64,000 nt of DNA from a virus: positions 2,972-66,971 of IMG/VR virus record IMGVR_UViG_3300020171_000021. One strand, 5' to 3'. The notes below the pieces were generated by a model that worked only from the letters and a program-made list of their open reading frames with translations, was not told the origin of the DNA and did not search any database. Made by a program: the position numbers and the translations under genes. Position 1 is the first letter of the stretch, and every line of letters begins with the position of its first letter. Positions 9,358-18,883 of this stretch are shown here, one piece after another.

Positions 9358-10431
9358 ATGGAAAGAAAATTAGCAACAATTCAAATAATAAGTGAACTGC
9401 GTCCAATAGAAGGTGCAGACAAAATAGAGGTAGCAAAAGTAATGGGCTGGCAGGTAGTCGTTAAAAAAGGCGAATTTACCATCGGAGACCTATGTATTTT
9501 CTGCGAAATTGATAGTGTAATGCCCGAAAAACCCGAATTTGAATTCCTTAGAGAAAAGAAATTTAGAGTGAAATCTATCAGATTGCGTAAACAAATTTCG
9601 CAAGGACTGGTACTTCCGATGCATTTACTTGGATTAAAAGAATCTATCGGGATGACACGTGACCATTATTTTGGTAAATCCAATCTTATCGGGCTCAATG
9701 TAACAAAAATGCTTGGCATCATAAAATATGAATTGCCTACATCACCAGGTAGTGGAGGAATAGCACTTGGAGACTTTCCTTCTTTTCTCATTCCAAAAAC
9801 AGATGAGATAAGAGTACAGAGTGCACTGGGTGTCATTGAGGAAATGCGTGGTAAAGACGTTTATATTGCAGAAAAAGAGGACGGAACGAGTTTCACGGCG
9901 TATCATTGGAGATTTAAAAATCCTGACGAAGAAGAAAAATACCATTATGGGGTCTGTTCAAGAAATCGTGAACTGAAAGACGAAGGGTCTGATGTTTATT
10001 GGAAGATTTCACACAAATATAACCTTGAAAATAAACTCAAAGAATATTATGAGAAATACAAGGTTAATCTTGCAGTCCAGGGAGAAATCTGTGGAGGTAT
10101 CATTCAGAGCAATCCACTTGGATTAAAACAAGACCAACTCTTCTTTTTCAATATTTATAATTTGGACACGCACAACTATATGGATTTTGCTCAATTCTTG
10201 TTTACAGCACAAGAACTTGATTTGCCAATTGTTCGAATATTAGGTGAATGTAAATTTAACTTTACTCTTGAGGAACTACTTGATATAGCAAAGGGTAAAT
10301 ATCCTGGAACTAATAATAACAGAGAAGGAATTGTGATACGCCCAGTGAATGAAACATATTCAGAAACTTTAGCGGGCAGAATGAGCTTTAAAGTAATCAA
10401 TAACGATTATTTATTAAAGGACGAAAAATGA
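9358..10431 (+). CDS. ATP-dependent RNA ligase, DRB0094/Rnl5 family
   Basis: N-terminal RKLATI...PIEGADKIE module; motif I EKEDGTS, QGE, REGIV and FKVINNDYL. Confidence 0.92.
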   Translation: MERKLATIQIISELRPIEGADKIEVAKVMGWQVVVKKGEFTIGDLCIFCEIDSVMPEKPEFEFLREKKFRVKSIRLRKQISQGLVLPMHLLGLKESIGMTRDHYFGKSNLIGLNVTKMLGIIKYELPTSPGSGGIALGDFPSFLIPKTDEIRVQSALGVIEEMRGKDVYIAEKEDGTSFTAYHWRFKNPDEEEKYHYGVCSRNRELKDEGSDVYWKISHKYNLENKLKEYYEKYKVNLAVQGEICGGIIQSNPLGLKQDQLFFFNIYNLDTHNYMDFAQFLFTAQELDLPIVRILGECKFNFTLEELLDIAKGKYPGTNNNREGIVIRPVNETYSETLAGRMSFKVINNDYLLKDEK

Positions 10432-10597
10432 TGGAGGAACTATATTATATGGATAATTCAATTGCACCTAGTGGTGTGAAAACATTTTTTAAACAGCATG
10501 AAGCGCAAAAAGCAGCAGTAGATGAACTTATTGCAGCTCATAAAAAAGAATTTAAAATTATTCTTGAAAGATGTATGAAAACGGATGAGTGAATTTA

Positions 10598-11383
10598 ATG
10601 AAATTTCAAAGTCCAAGTTCAGTTGGATTGTTTCACGATTGTCCAAACGCTTATCGGTTGCATTATATTGACCGATATGAATCTTTATCAATGGATGATA
10701 CCGCCTTAAGAATGGGAAGAAGTGTTCACTCAATCTGTGAAAACTTTTATAAGGATTTAGACCTTAACAGTCTAGAACCTGAAAGGCATTTTGTTGAACA
10801 TCTTAAAAATGTAGCTTTTGCATATTGGGATAGAAGTATTGATGCTAAAAAGCGTGAAGCAATGGATGTTGCATTGAGAGGTTGGGTGCATGTTGAATTA
10901 ACAAGATTCATAAAGTATAGAACTATGAACATACTTGATAGATTCAAACCAATTGCTGTTGAAGAAGATTTAAGGTCTCCGTTGTTAGGCCTTCACTGCA
11001 TAGTAGATAAACGTGGTATTGGAGCAGATGGCAGTAAATATGCTTGGGATTACAAAACAAATTCTTATTTGCCATCTAAGAAGGCATTTGAAGGCGATAT
11101 GAAAGCTTTAAAACTGAACTTTAAAGTTCAGGCAGCCATAAACGCATTAATATTAAAACAAGTTGGAACACCAATCGACAAGTTTTATTTCCAATTTGTA
11201 AGATTCCCTGATAAACTACTTGAAATTCCGTTGACTCCTGCCTTATTTAAAGAGGCACAAGCTGCAATTGATGCGGTACTAACTGCAACTGAATACCCAA
11301 AAAATAAAAAACATTGTCACTTGTGTAATTATAAGGTGTATTGTGAAGCAGAGTCGCAGTCAATCTATTGCTGCAGCCCGTAG
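10598..11383 (+). CDS. Cas4/RecB-like PD-(D/E)xK nuclease with Fe-S cysteines
   Basis: N-terminal CP, GRSVH, VD...DYK and C-terminal CxxCxxxxxC. Confidence 0.85.
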   Translation: MKFQSPSSVGLFHDCPNAYRLHYIDRYESLSMDDTALRMGRSVHSICENFYKDLDLNSLEPERHFVEHLKNVAFAYWDRSIDAKKREAMDVALRGWVHVELTRFIKYRTMNILDRFKPIAVEEDLRSPLLGLHCIVDKRGIGADGSKYAWDYKTNSYLPSKKAFEGDMKALKLNFKVQAAINALILKQVGTPIDKFYFQFVRFPDKLLEIPLTPALFKEAQAAIDAVLTATEYPKNKKHCHLCNYKVYCEAESQSIYCCSP

Positions 11384-11424
11384 ACTTTATAAATATAAAA
11401 GCAGTTAAGTAACTAGAGGACAAA

Positions 11425-11745
11425 ATGAAAATAAACGGATTAATTATAGAATCATTTGTTGACTATCCAAATAGTTTTCTTGCAGATTTTGCCACAGATA
11501 TAGAAATCCGAAGAGAATTAAATGAATTGGATACACCATCACTTAAAAGATTAAGTGGATTGTTTGCACTTGATAGTCATGCGTTACGTTTTGCAAAAGT
11601 TGTTGGAATACATCCAGTAACCGGGCTTCCGTGGGATTTAACACCTAACGGAATAGACTGTGAACGCTATGACCAGTTAAAGGAACGAAATACAACCATT
11701 ATATTAAAAATAAAAGAAATTCTTGAACAGAGGACAGAAACATGA
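11425..11745 (+). CDS. Hypothetical protein
   Basis: TATA TTTATAAA and GAGGACA leader upstream. Confidence 0.65.
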   Translation: MKINGLIIESFVDYPNSFLADFATDIEIRRELNELDTPSLKRLSGLFALDSHALRFAKVVGIHPVTGLPWDLTPNGIDCERYDQLKERNTTIILKIKEILEQRTET

Positions 11746-12620
11746 AATCAATAACTACAATACTCACCCTTAGTGAGATGTTAAGAAAAATCGCCTGCGG
11801 CGGGCTGGTAAACAGTGCCGTCATCACAATTAGTGACGGAAAAATGCATGCGGAGGGATTAGGAATAGAGACTAGCGAAAGTAAAGGCGCAGACGGAACA
11901 TTAATCTGGGCAGTAACCTATCCACTAGTATCTGTTGAAGAGCCAGGAGAAATTACTGTCGCGGACATAAAAGACCTACTTTCAAAGTTGGGAGCGTTTG
12001 AAAAAGATGACCAGGTAGCCATGTTCACAGATGGCATAACCAAACTGATAATAAACAGAGAATCTCCAAAGCGGGTTTTAACTTATGATATGGTTGACAA
12101 GAAGTATATCAAAACCCAGCATGTTGGGACAAAGGTACAGCTCGGCAATCCAATCCTATTAACAAGAGCTGATGGCACGCAGAAGAAGATTGAATTCCAG
12201 GGGCATGTAAAGCTAAATTCAGTTACACTCAAAGAATTGAGTAAAGCAGTGGGCATAATAAACCCAACAGATATACCCTTGCAGATAACAGCAGATAAAT
12301 TCTATTCGCTATTGAAGGGACAGAATGCATCATTGATGCCTGAACTAAAATACGACGAGATATCCGGCGCAGCAGTTTCGAAATACACAGAAGAGATAAC
12401 AAATATCTTCAATCTAGGATTTGGAAATGCTACAGTAGATATTGGTAACAATGCACCAGTACATATCAGATATGATGCACCAGGCCAGATAGCAGAATAC
12501 ATGCTGTTAAACGCGGGTGCAATGAAAAAGAAAACTCCAGCAGCGGCAACTCCAACAACGACACCAACAACGGCTCCGGCTGCAACTACGACAACGGCTC
12601 CAACTGCACCTATAGTGTAA
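11742..12620 (+). CDS. Divergent PCNA-like sliding clamp with Pro/Thr/Ala tail
   Basis: About 255-aa two-domain alpha/beta pattern ending GNNAPVHIRY...EYMLL, as in PCNA. RFC-S, RFC-L and PolB occur in the same window. Confidence 0.65.
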   Translation: MKSITTILTLSEMLRKIACGGLVNSAVITISDGKMHAEGLGIETSESKGADGTLIWAVTYPLVSVEEPGEITVADIKDLLSKLGAFEKDDQVAMFTDGITKLIINRESPKRVLTYDMVDKKYIKTQHVGTKVQLGNPILLTRADGTQKKIEFQGHVKLNSVTLKELSKAVGIINPTDIPLQITADKFYSLLKGQNASLMPELKYDEISGAAVSKYTEEITNIFNLGFGNATVDIGNNAPVHIRYDAPGQIAEYMLLNAGAMKKKTPAAATPTTTPTTAPAATTTTAPTAPIV

Positions 12621-12654
12621 AGTAAGAGGATAATCCTCTTATCTTTCTATTTTT

Positions 12655-13062
12655 ATGACTAAATATCATTTTATACGTGCAGAACAAAAAATAGAAGGAA
12701 ACATTCCTTTTCTATATCTTATCGGAAGAGAACTTGATTCATTAAAGAAGCGCACGTTTAAAGTACATGGATTTAGAACATATTTTTATGCTCTGGAAGA
12801 AGAGAATCTTCCAAAAAGTTCTGGAATCATAGACATTATTCCGGGGTTCATATCAATCTTCGGCGATAAATGCAAGAAAGTTATTGTTGCTTCCACAAAT
12901 GACATTAATCAAATTAATAAGTTTCTGTCAAAACATTTTGAAGCAGATGTTGGTAGAAACTATGTACGACGCTTTTTAATAGACACTGGAATAAAGAGTT
13001 ATTTTACAGTTCCGGAACAAACAGACAATGATATATATTATACACAAATAACAGGAGAATGA
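12655..13062 (+). CDS. Family B DNA polymerase N-terminal domain (split gene)
   Basis: YLIGR...FRTYFY...FEADV...RRFLIDTGI matches the archaeal PolB N-terminal domain. ORF 20404 begins at ExoI and lacks this domain. Confidence 0.8.
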   Translation: MTKYHFIRAEQKIEGNIPFLYLIGRELDSLKKRTFKVHGFRTYFYALEEENLPKSSGIIDIIPGFISIFGDKCKKVIVASTNDINQINKFLSKHFEADVGRNYVRRFLIDTGIKSYFTVPEQTDNDIYYTQITGE

Positions 13063-13063
13063 T

Positions 13064-13354
13064 ATGCTATTTTCAACAAATTATATTGAAATTTTATTCA
13101 TTTTAGCAAATGCCGCGTTCCTTGGAGGAACATTAATGTTGGCCAGGAGAGTTTTTAAAAATCGTGGCTCTATAAAAGATTATGACCCAACTGGTTCATT
13201 AATAAACTTTATAGGAATGACCATATCTGGGATTGCTTTTTATTTATCTGGGTTAGGCACAACTGTTCTATTAATTTTACCCACATGGGCATTTTGGGGT
13301 ATGGCGTTTGTGTTTTCATACAAACACCACAGATACAACCTATGGAAACCATAG
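13064..13354 (+). CDS. Small 3-TM membrane protein (PQ-loop/SemiSWEET-like size)
   Basis: Three hydrophobic helices. Confidence 0.5.
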   Translation: MLFSTNYIEILFILANAAFLGGTLMLARRVFKNRGSIKDYDPTGSLINFIGMTISGIAFYLSGLGTTVLLILPTWAFWGMAFVFSYKHHRYNLWKP

Positions 13355-13406
13355 TATTAAATACTTTTAGAACAAATACTGACTTAATATATCTGGAGGA
13401 TGTAAA

Positions 13407-13766
13407 ATGAAAATTTCAAAAGATTTTGAATTTGCGGCAGCACATAAATTAAATTTACCATACGATAGCCCTTGCGAAAGATTACACGGACACAACTATA
13501 AACTCAGTGTAACATTAGTGGGCGAACTTAACAAAGACGGAATGATTATGGACTTTAAAGAATTAAAGTCTATTGTTACTCAAGAAGTTATCTCCATGCT
13601 TGACCATCAGGATTTAACAGGGTTTTTCATTATAAACCACCAACCGGTTAATGCAACAGCAGAAATCATGAGTAAATGGATTTATGAACGTCTTATTTAC
13701 AGACTACCAGAACTTCATAAAGTTCGGCTCTGGGAAACCACAGATAGTTCGGCGGAATATCCATGA
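13407..13766 (+). CDS. queD: 6-carboxytetrahydropterin synthase
   Basis: FAAAH, CERLHGHNY, MDF, LDH, TAE and LWET motifs. Confidence 0.95.
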   Translation: MKISKDFEFAAAHKLNLPYDSPCERLHGHNYKLSVTLVGELNKDGMIMDFKELKSIVTQEVISMLDHQDLTGFFIINHQPVNATAEIMSKWIYERLIYRLPELHKVRLWETTDSSAEYP

Positions 13767-13954
13767 GAAGTATATTTGCACTTGTGGTGGTATTTATTAT
13801 GGTATTTATTGCATTATTACCACCAGTTGGCATAGTAAGACTTGACTACTTTATAGAATCAATCTTATTTGCAGAAGCTGCTTGGTTTGCTGTCATATTT
13901 GTATTCAATAATATTTATGGGGGGCAGGAGGAACTATGTCAAACTACCATATAA
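13763..13954 (+). CDS. Small membrane protein
   Basis: Two hydrophobic segments; ATGA overlap with queD. Confidence 0.55.
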   Translation: MRSIFALVVVFIMVFIALLPPVGIVRLDYFIESILFAEAAWFAVIFVFNNIYGGQEELCQTTI

Positions 13955-14154
13955 CAATGAAATTAATAATCCTTGGACTGTTTGTATTAGGCAGCCCGTT
14001 ATTAATACTGTTTCAAGCAGCATTAATATTTGCACCAATTGGCTTTTGGCAATTAATAACCTTTACTATGATTGCACTAATGGTGTATATACCATTAGTG
14101 ATAATCTTCTGGTGTATCTTCTGGCTGATTATAGAAGTCTTAGGGATAAAGTGA
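13936..14154 (+). CDS. Small membrane protein
   Basis: Two hydrophobic segments; GGAGG RBS. Confidence 0.55.
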   Translation: MSNYHITMKLIILGLFVLGSPLLILFQAALIFAPIGFWQLITFTMIALMVYIPLVIIFWCIFWLIIEVLGIK

Positions 14155-14158
14155 AATT

Positions 14159-14824
14159 ATGGGAATAATGGAAATTTTTGAGTCTATACAAGGTGAAGGA
14201 AAGTATATTGGTGTTCCTTCAATCTTTATCAGATTTGCAGGATGTAATCTGCGATGCCCATGGTGTGATACAAAATATTCATGGAAAGAAAAAGGTGAAT
14301 ATACCACAACATCTGCTATTGAATTTATCAAATCAAAACCAAAATTTAAACATATCGTTTTCACTGGTGGAGAACCATTATTATATCAATATGATATTCT
14401 CGAAATAATTCGAGAAATAATGGCTAGAGACTTGGTAATAACAATAGAAACCAATGGAACAATTATTCCTAGATTAGACCTATACGGTTTTATGAAATAT
14501 ATTGGACTATGGAGCGTTTCGCCAAAACTCTTTATGGGTGCTGATATGAACTATGCTGCTATCAGATGGTTTAACCAACAGCAGGGCGTTCAGTGGAAAT
14601 TTGTGGTTGATGGATTACTGGATATTGACCAGATACTTGATATGAAGGAACAGGCAATAATAACACCTGTAGAACATATTATAGTTCAACCAAACGGTAT
14701 GGTTCCAGATTATCAAAAAGCCTGTCAAAACTTAGCGGAATATGTAATTGACCACGGATTAACAGAACTTCGTGTATTGCCCCAATTCCACAAGATTTGT
14801 TGGAGTAATAAAAGAGGTGTGTAA
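14159..14824 (+). CDS. queE: 7-carboxy-7-deazaguanine synthase (radical SAM)
   Basis: EIFESIQGEG, CNLRCPWCDT, TGGEP, IETNG, SVSPK and PQFHK. Confidence 0.95.
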   Translation: MGIMEIFESIQGEGKYIGVPSIFIRFAGCNLRCPWCDTKYSWKEKGEYTTTSAIEFIKSKPKFKHIVFTGGEPLLYQYDILEIIREIMARDLVITIETNGTIIPRLDLYGFMKYIGLWSVSPKLFMGADMNYAAIRWFNQQQGVQWKFVVDGLLDIDQILDMKEQAIITPVEHIIVQPNGMVPDYQKACQNLAEYVIDHGLTELRVLPQFHKICWSNKRGV

Positions 14825-15390
14825 TGGAAAAAAGTTATAATGACGCAGTAGCAGAACATTGTGTGAGAAAACTCTTACGTTATATCGGCGAAAATCCAGA
14901 AAGAGAAGGATTAATTGAAACACCAGAACGTGTTGTAAGAATGTATAAGGAAATATTTGCCGGATATATAACACCGTGCCCAAATATGAAAGCGTTTACA
15001 TCAAAAAGTAAAAGCATGGTGGTAAAATCTGGGATACTATCATTTTCACACTGTGAGCACCATGTTGTGCCAATAAAAATGTATGTTGATTTTGCTTACA
15101 TTCCAAACGGTAAGGTAGTAGGTATTTCAAAAATTATCAGGCTCATAAGATGGTGCAGTGCGCGCCTAACTTTACAGGAAGAACTTGTTGAAAATATCGC
15201 AGATGAATTTATGGAACAGGTTAATCCAGCAGGATGTATGGTTGTAATAAGAGGGCATCATTTTTGTGAGGAGATGCGAGGTGTCAGAACAGAAAACTGC
15301 ACCACGACATCAGCGATTCGTGGAGTTTTCGAGGAAGACCGTAACGTACAGAAAGAGGCGCTCAGCCTCATGAAAGAAGGTTGCAATTGA
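14824..15390 (+). CDS. folE: GTP cyclohydrolase I
   Basis: REGLIETPER, CEHH, GISK, LQE, HFC and MRG. Confidence 0.95.
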   Translation: MEKSYNDAVAEHCVRKLLRYIGENPEREGLIETPERVVRMYKEIFAGYITPCPNMKAFTSKSKSMVVKSGILSFSHCEHHVVPIKMYVDFAYIPNGKVVGISKIIRLIRWCSARLTLQEELVENIADEFMEQVNPAGCMVVIRGHHFCEEMRGVRTENCTTTSAIRGVFEEDRNVQKEALSLMKEGCN

Positions 15391-15402
15391 GGAGGTGAGA
15401 AG

Positions 15403-15630
15403 ATGCGAAGAGAATACACAGTATCCAATAAAACAGTAATCGAACAAGTTCTTGCCGGAAAGACAGACGGTATGAAATTGGACGATGCAGTAACCGCAGT
15501 AAAAGCAGTAAAAACACTCGACAGAAAGGATGTAGACGCGGGATGGAAGGCAGGTTTCAGAACTTATGCCACAGTCTACGACCAAGAAGGAATATTGATG
15601 GTAAAGCCCAAGACAGGAGTCCAGACTTAA
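15403..15630 (+). CDS. Small hypothetical protein
   Basis: Strong GAGGAGGTGA RBS; followed by an oligo-T terminator. Confidence 0.7.
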   Translation: MRREYTVSNKTVIEQVLAGKTDGMKLDDAVTAVKAVKTLDRKDVDAGWKAGFRTYATVYDQEGILMVKPKTGVQT

Positions 15631-15635
15631 ATCAT

Positions 15636-15650
15636 CTTTTTTTTCTTTTT
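15636..15650 (+). terminator. Archaeal oligo-T terminator
   Basis: CTTTTTTTTCTTTTT immediately after the stop codon. Confidence 0.6.
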
Positions 15651-15658
15651 AACAGCTT

Positions 15659-15724
15659 GGCGTGCTATGGTTAAATAACGTTGAAAGCTTGGCACCATCG
15701 TGGTTCAATTCCGCGAGCACGCCC
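15659..15724 (+). ncRNA. tRNA-like RNA lacking a D-arm
   Basis: 8-bp acceptor-like stem GGCGTGCT/AGCACGCC, T-arm CGTGG-TTCAATT-CCGCG, one central ATGGT/ACCAT stem. Confidence 0.55.
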
Positions 15725-15787
15725 TTAAAATTTTATTAGCCATAGATTTATAAACTTAAAAACTAATTACTTCTTGAAGGTTTAATT

Positions 15788-16147
15788 ATGGACAGACACA
15801 TATACATTCAAACTCAATTTATCGGTTATCACCGATGGGATGATGCACCAGAATGTGTTGCATTTTTACGCAATACGCACCGGCATGTTTTTCACGTAAA
15901 AGTAACCGTTCCTGTACGGCATAATGATAGAGCAATCGAATTCTTTATGATGAAACGTATGATTGATAATTTTATTTCACGTGAAATTATTTTTCAAACT
16001 CCACCAGATGGAAATATGGGTAGCTGCGAAATGATGGCAGAAAAAATTGCAACATATATTCATCAATATTATAAATTCAAATGGAACGAAATTGTTACTG
16101 TAGAAGTAAATGAAGATAATGAAAACGGGGCAATTATTAGAACTTAA
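15788..16147 (+). CDS. dpdL: QueD paralog, DpdL-like T-fold protein (putative CDG decarboxylase)
   Basis: LRNTHRHVF fits the LxxxHRHxF signature I recall for DpdL; also IEF, SCE and EDNENGA. Confidence 0.7.
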   Translation: MDRHIYIQTQFIGYHRWDDAPECVAFLRNTHRHVFHVKVTVPVRHNDRAIEFFMMKRMIDNFISREIIFQTPPDGNMGSCEMMAEKIATYIHQYYKFKWNEIVTVEVNEDNENGAIIRT

Positions 16148-16190
16148 TAATGACAGGTAGAAAAGGACAATGTAATTGTGAGGACAGAAA

Positions 16191-16649
16191 ATGGAACAAT
16201 CATCAAAACATAATCCAAGAATTTGGGTAGGAACAGAAGTCGAAGGCAGATTAAAAGGACTCAAAACTCTTTTTATCGCCTGCAGCATAGATAAAGAATT
16301 CTTTGGGCATCCGGTTGGAATAAACGCAATTTGTCAAAAGCACCACATACATCATCTTTATTTCAATGCTGGAAAAACAAATTTTAATGAATATACTCAC
16401 ATTGAATACTTTTTAAATCGTGGATATTTTGTAACCATAGAGACTACAGACCCACAAGACATTCCAACTGCATTAAGATTTAATATTCGTTTGCATATCA
16501 TCTGGAGGATAAGTGAAAATCATCTAGATTTAATAAAACATACAGATACAATAAAAATTGAAGGACGACATGGAATTTATTGCACTACACCAGAACAAAT
16601 GGTCAAAACAAAATGGACAGATTATAACGATGACCAAGTAATTTGTTAA
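16191..16649 (+). CDS. Hypothetical protein in deazaguanine cluster
   Basis: GAGGACAG leader; WVGTEVEG...GLKTLF N-terminus. Confidence 0.65.
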   Translation: MEQSSKHNPRIWVGTEVEGRLKGLKTLFIACSIDKEFFGHPVGINAICQKHHIHHLYFNAGKTNFNEYTHIEYFLNRGYFVTIETTDPQDIPTALRFNIRLHIIWRISENHLDLIKHTDTIKIEGRHGIYCTTPEQMVKTKWTDYNDDQVIC

Positions 16650-16650
16650 T

Positions 16651-17223
16651 ATGCCAGTTCCACCACAATATTGTTATCTTTATCCTTCTATTCCTATACT
16701 TTGTAATTGTGGATGCGGCACAATTATTTGGCATAAAGGGTCGCAATTTGCACCTGGGCATTACAACAAAGGAAAACAAATTCATACAACAGAACAAAAA
16801 CAAAAATGGGCGAAAATACGTAAAGGTCGTCCGAGTCCAACTAAAGGAAAAATTGGACATGTAGCCTGGAACAAAGGATTATTAGGATATCATGCAGCTG
16901 AGCATCATTATAATTGGCAAGGAGGAATATCTTTTCTTCCTTACTGTGAAAAATTTAATCGAAAACTGAAAGAAGCAATCAAAGAACGAGATAATCATAC
17001 TTGCCAGTTATGCGGTATAAAACAAAACAAAAGATTACAGGTTCATCATATTCATTATAAAAAAGAAGATTGTGAGCCTGATTTGATAGCACTTTGCGTA
17101 AGATGCAATCCTAAAGTAAATTTTAACAAAAACTATTATGAAAATTTATTCATGAACAAGTTGAATGATAGAGAATTATTGTTCTGGACAAAAAGATATA
17201 TAACTAATAAAAATAAACTATAA
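16651..17223 (+). CDS. HNH homing endonuclease with CxCGC and NUMOD3-like modules
   Basis: ERDNHTCQLCG...VHHIHY...LCVRCN. Confidence 0.85.
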   Translation: MPVPPQYCYLYPSIPILCNCGCGTIIWHKGSQFAPGHYNKGKQIHTTEQKQKWAKIRKGRPSPTKGKIGHVAWNKGLLGYHAAEHHYNWQGGISFLPYCEKFNRKLKEAIKERDNHTCQLCGIKQNKRLQVHHIHYKKEDCEPDLIALCVRCNPKVNFNKNYYENLFMNKLNDRELLFWTKRYITNKNKL

Positions 17224-17234
17224 TAGAGGACAAA

Positions 17235-18332
17235 ATGACATTAATTTATTTGCCAATCGAAAAATATTCGGAAAGATATACAACTCAATTGCACTCGTGG
17301 ATAATTGCAGAATTACAAAAACATAATGTTGATTATATAACGGTAGAAGGCGAACAATTAACTGACCGCATTGATGACGGACAAGTATTGGACGGATGCG
17401 GTAGGCCACATTATGCGCTAACACAAATGGCGCAGATTATGAGAATGATGCGACGCGACGAAATAAAATCTGGCGATAAGATTTTTAGCATGGATGTGTG
17501 GACGCACGGACTTGAAGCAATTCCTTATGCTGCAACGGTGCAAAAGAAAAATATTGATATGTACCACTTTAATTGTGCTGGGTCGTTTGAAAAGAATGAT
17601 TTTATAAATCTGACCGGGATGACACCGTGGGCGCATTATCAAGAAAAAGCTTGGTTTGCAGCTTGCAAGAAAGTCTTCTTTGCAGCTGATACATTAAGGC
17701 AAATGGCATTCCAAGAAGATATGTTTGATGACCGTAATGACAAAGCAGTGCTGACAGGGTTAGCATTTAATTCAACGGATGTCTATAATACCATTCCTAA
17801 AGAAGACCATCGTGATTTGGACGAAAAAGAAAACATCTGTGTTTTTCCTCATAGATGGGACAATGAAAAAAGACCGGAAAGATTTTTAGAAGTAGCTAAA
17901 GAAGTTAAAAAAGAATATCCAGACGCGCGATTTGTAATAACTACTGGTAGAAAAGAATTTACAGGAACGGCACCGATTGAAGAAGCATTACAACTTCAAA
18001 AGAAAGGTATTGTTGAAATCATGACAAATTTACCCAAAGTTGAATATTACAAATTACTGGCCAAATCTAAGGTAATTTTTAGTTCTGCTTTGCAGGACAC
18101 CGTTGGAAATTGTCTCCTTGAAGCGATAACGCATGGTTGCACTCCAGTTGCTACGGATGAAGTATCATATCATGAATATTTACCAGATAATTTTTTATAT
18201 CAAGATAAAAACTTAAACCAAGCAGCAGATATGGTTACAGAATATCTTGACCATCCAGTGGACTGTTTTGAATTTATTCAGAAATATGACCATAGTATCG
18301 AAAACATGCTTAAAGAAATGGAGTTGATTTAA
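17235..18332 (+). CDS. GT-B (GT4-like) glycosyltransferase inside the deazaguanine cluster
   Basis: FPHRWDNEKRP and QDTVGNCLLEA...GCTPV nucleotide-sugar-binding motif. Confidence 0.85.
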   Translation: MTLIYLPIEKYSERYTTQLHSWIIAELQKHNVDYITVEGEQLTDRIDDGQVLDGCGRPHYALTQMAQIMRMMRRDEIKSGDKIFSMDVWTHGLEAIPYAATVQKKNIDMYHFNCAGSFEKNDFINLTGMTPWAHYQEKAWFAACKKVFFAADTLRQMAFQEDMFDDRNDKAVLTGLAFNSTDVYNTIPKEDHRDLDEKENICVFPHRWDNEKRPERFLEVAKEVKKEYPDARFVITTGRKEFTGTAPIEEALQLQKKGIVEIMTNLPKVEYYKLLAKSKVIFSSALQDTVGNCLLEAITHGCTPVATDEVSYHEYLPDNFLYQDKNLNQAADMVTEYLDHPVDCFEFIQKYDHSIENMLKEMELI

Positions 18333-18847
18333 TGCGAATTAAAACAGCAAATCTTATCCTGGAACTGTATGAATCAGAACTTAAAGATGCACCTTGTTCA
18401 AAAGTGCATCATTTAAATGTTCGTGGCGGACTAATGCGACACTTACTTCATGTTGGAATAGAGGCAATAGAACTCGACCCAATGAATGAAACTTTAACTG
18501 CATTAGCATTTATACATGATATTGGAAAGGCCAGGACATATAAGATTTCAAAGCATGTGGTTGCAGGGGTTATCGAAGATAAAATCGAATATGTTGAACC
18601 CGCAGTTGACCACTTAATAAATACCATCGCAATGATAGAAGAAGTCCATGAATATACTGAACATCATTTAACTCAGGAAGAACTTCACGCGCTTCAATAT
18701 CATCATGGAGGCTTTAGTCCATTTGCAATTGCAAATAAATCTCCGCACGGTACAGTTTTAACTGAACTTGCTATAAAATTGCATTACTGTGATATCCTTG
18801 CGTCGTTAAGAGAAACCAACGGTTATTACGAACCTAAACATATATAA
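18332..18847 (+). CDS. HD-domain phosphohydrolase
   Basis: HH...GGLMRH...HDIGK...HHG...D. Confidence 0.88.
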   Translation: MRIKTANLILELYESELKDAPCSKVHHLNVRGGLMRHLLHVGIEAIELDPMNETLTALAFIHDIGKARTYKISKHVVAGVIEDKIEYVEPAVDHLINTIAMIEEVHEYTEHHLTQEELHALQYHHGGFSPFAIANKSPHGTVLTELAIKLHYCDILASLRETNGYYEPKHI

Positions 18848-18883
18848 ACCCTAAAATCAATTAAGATTCAGAGGACAGTAACA

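Noticed and set aside
10598-11383. Cas4-like gene as evidence of a CRISPR-Cas system
   Set aside because: There is no cas1/cas2 or array, and solo Cas4-like nucleases are common in archaeal viruses.
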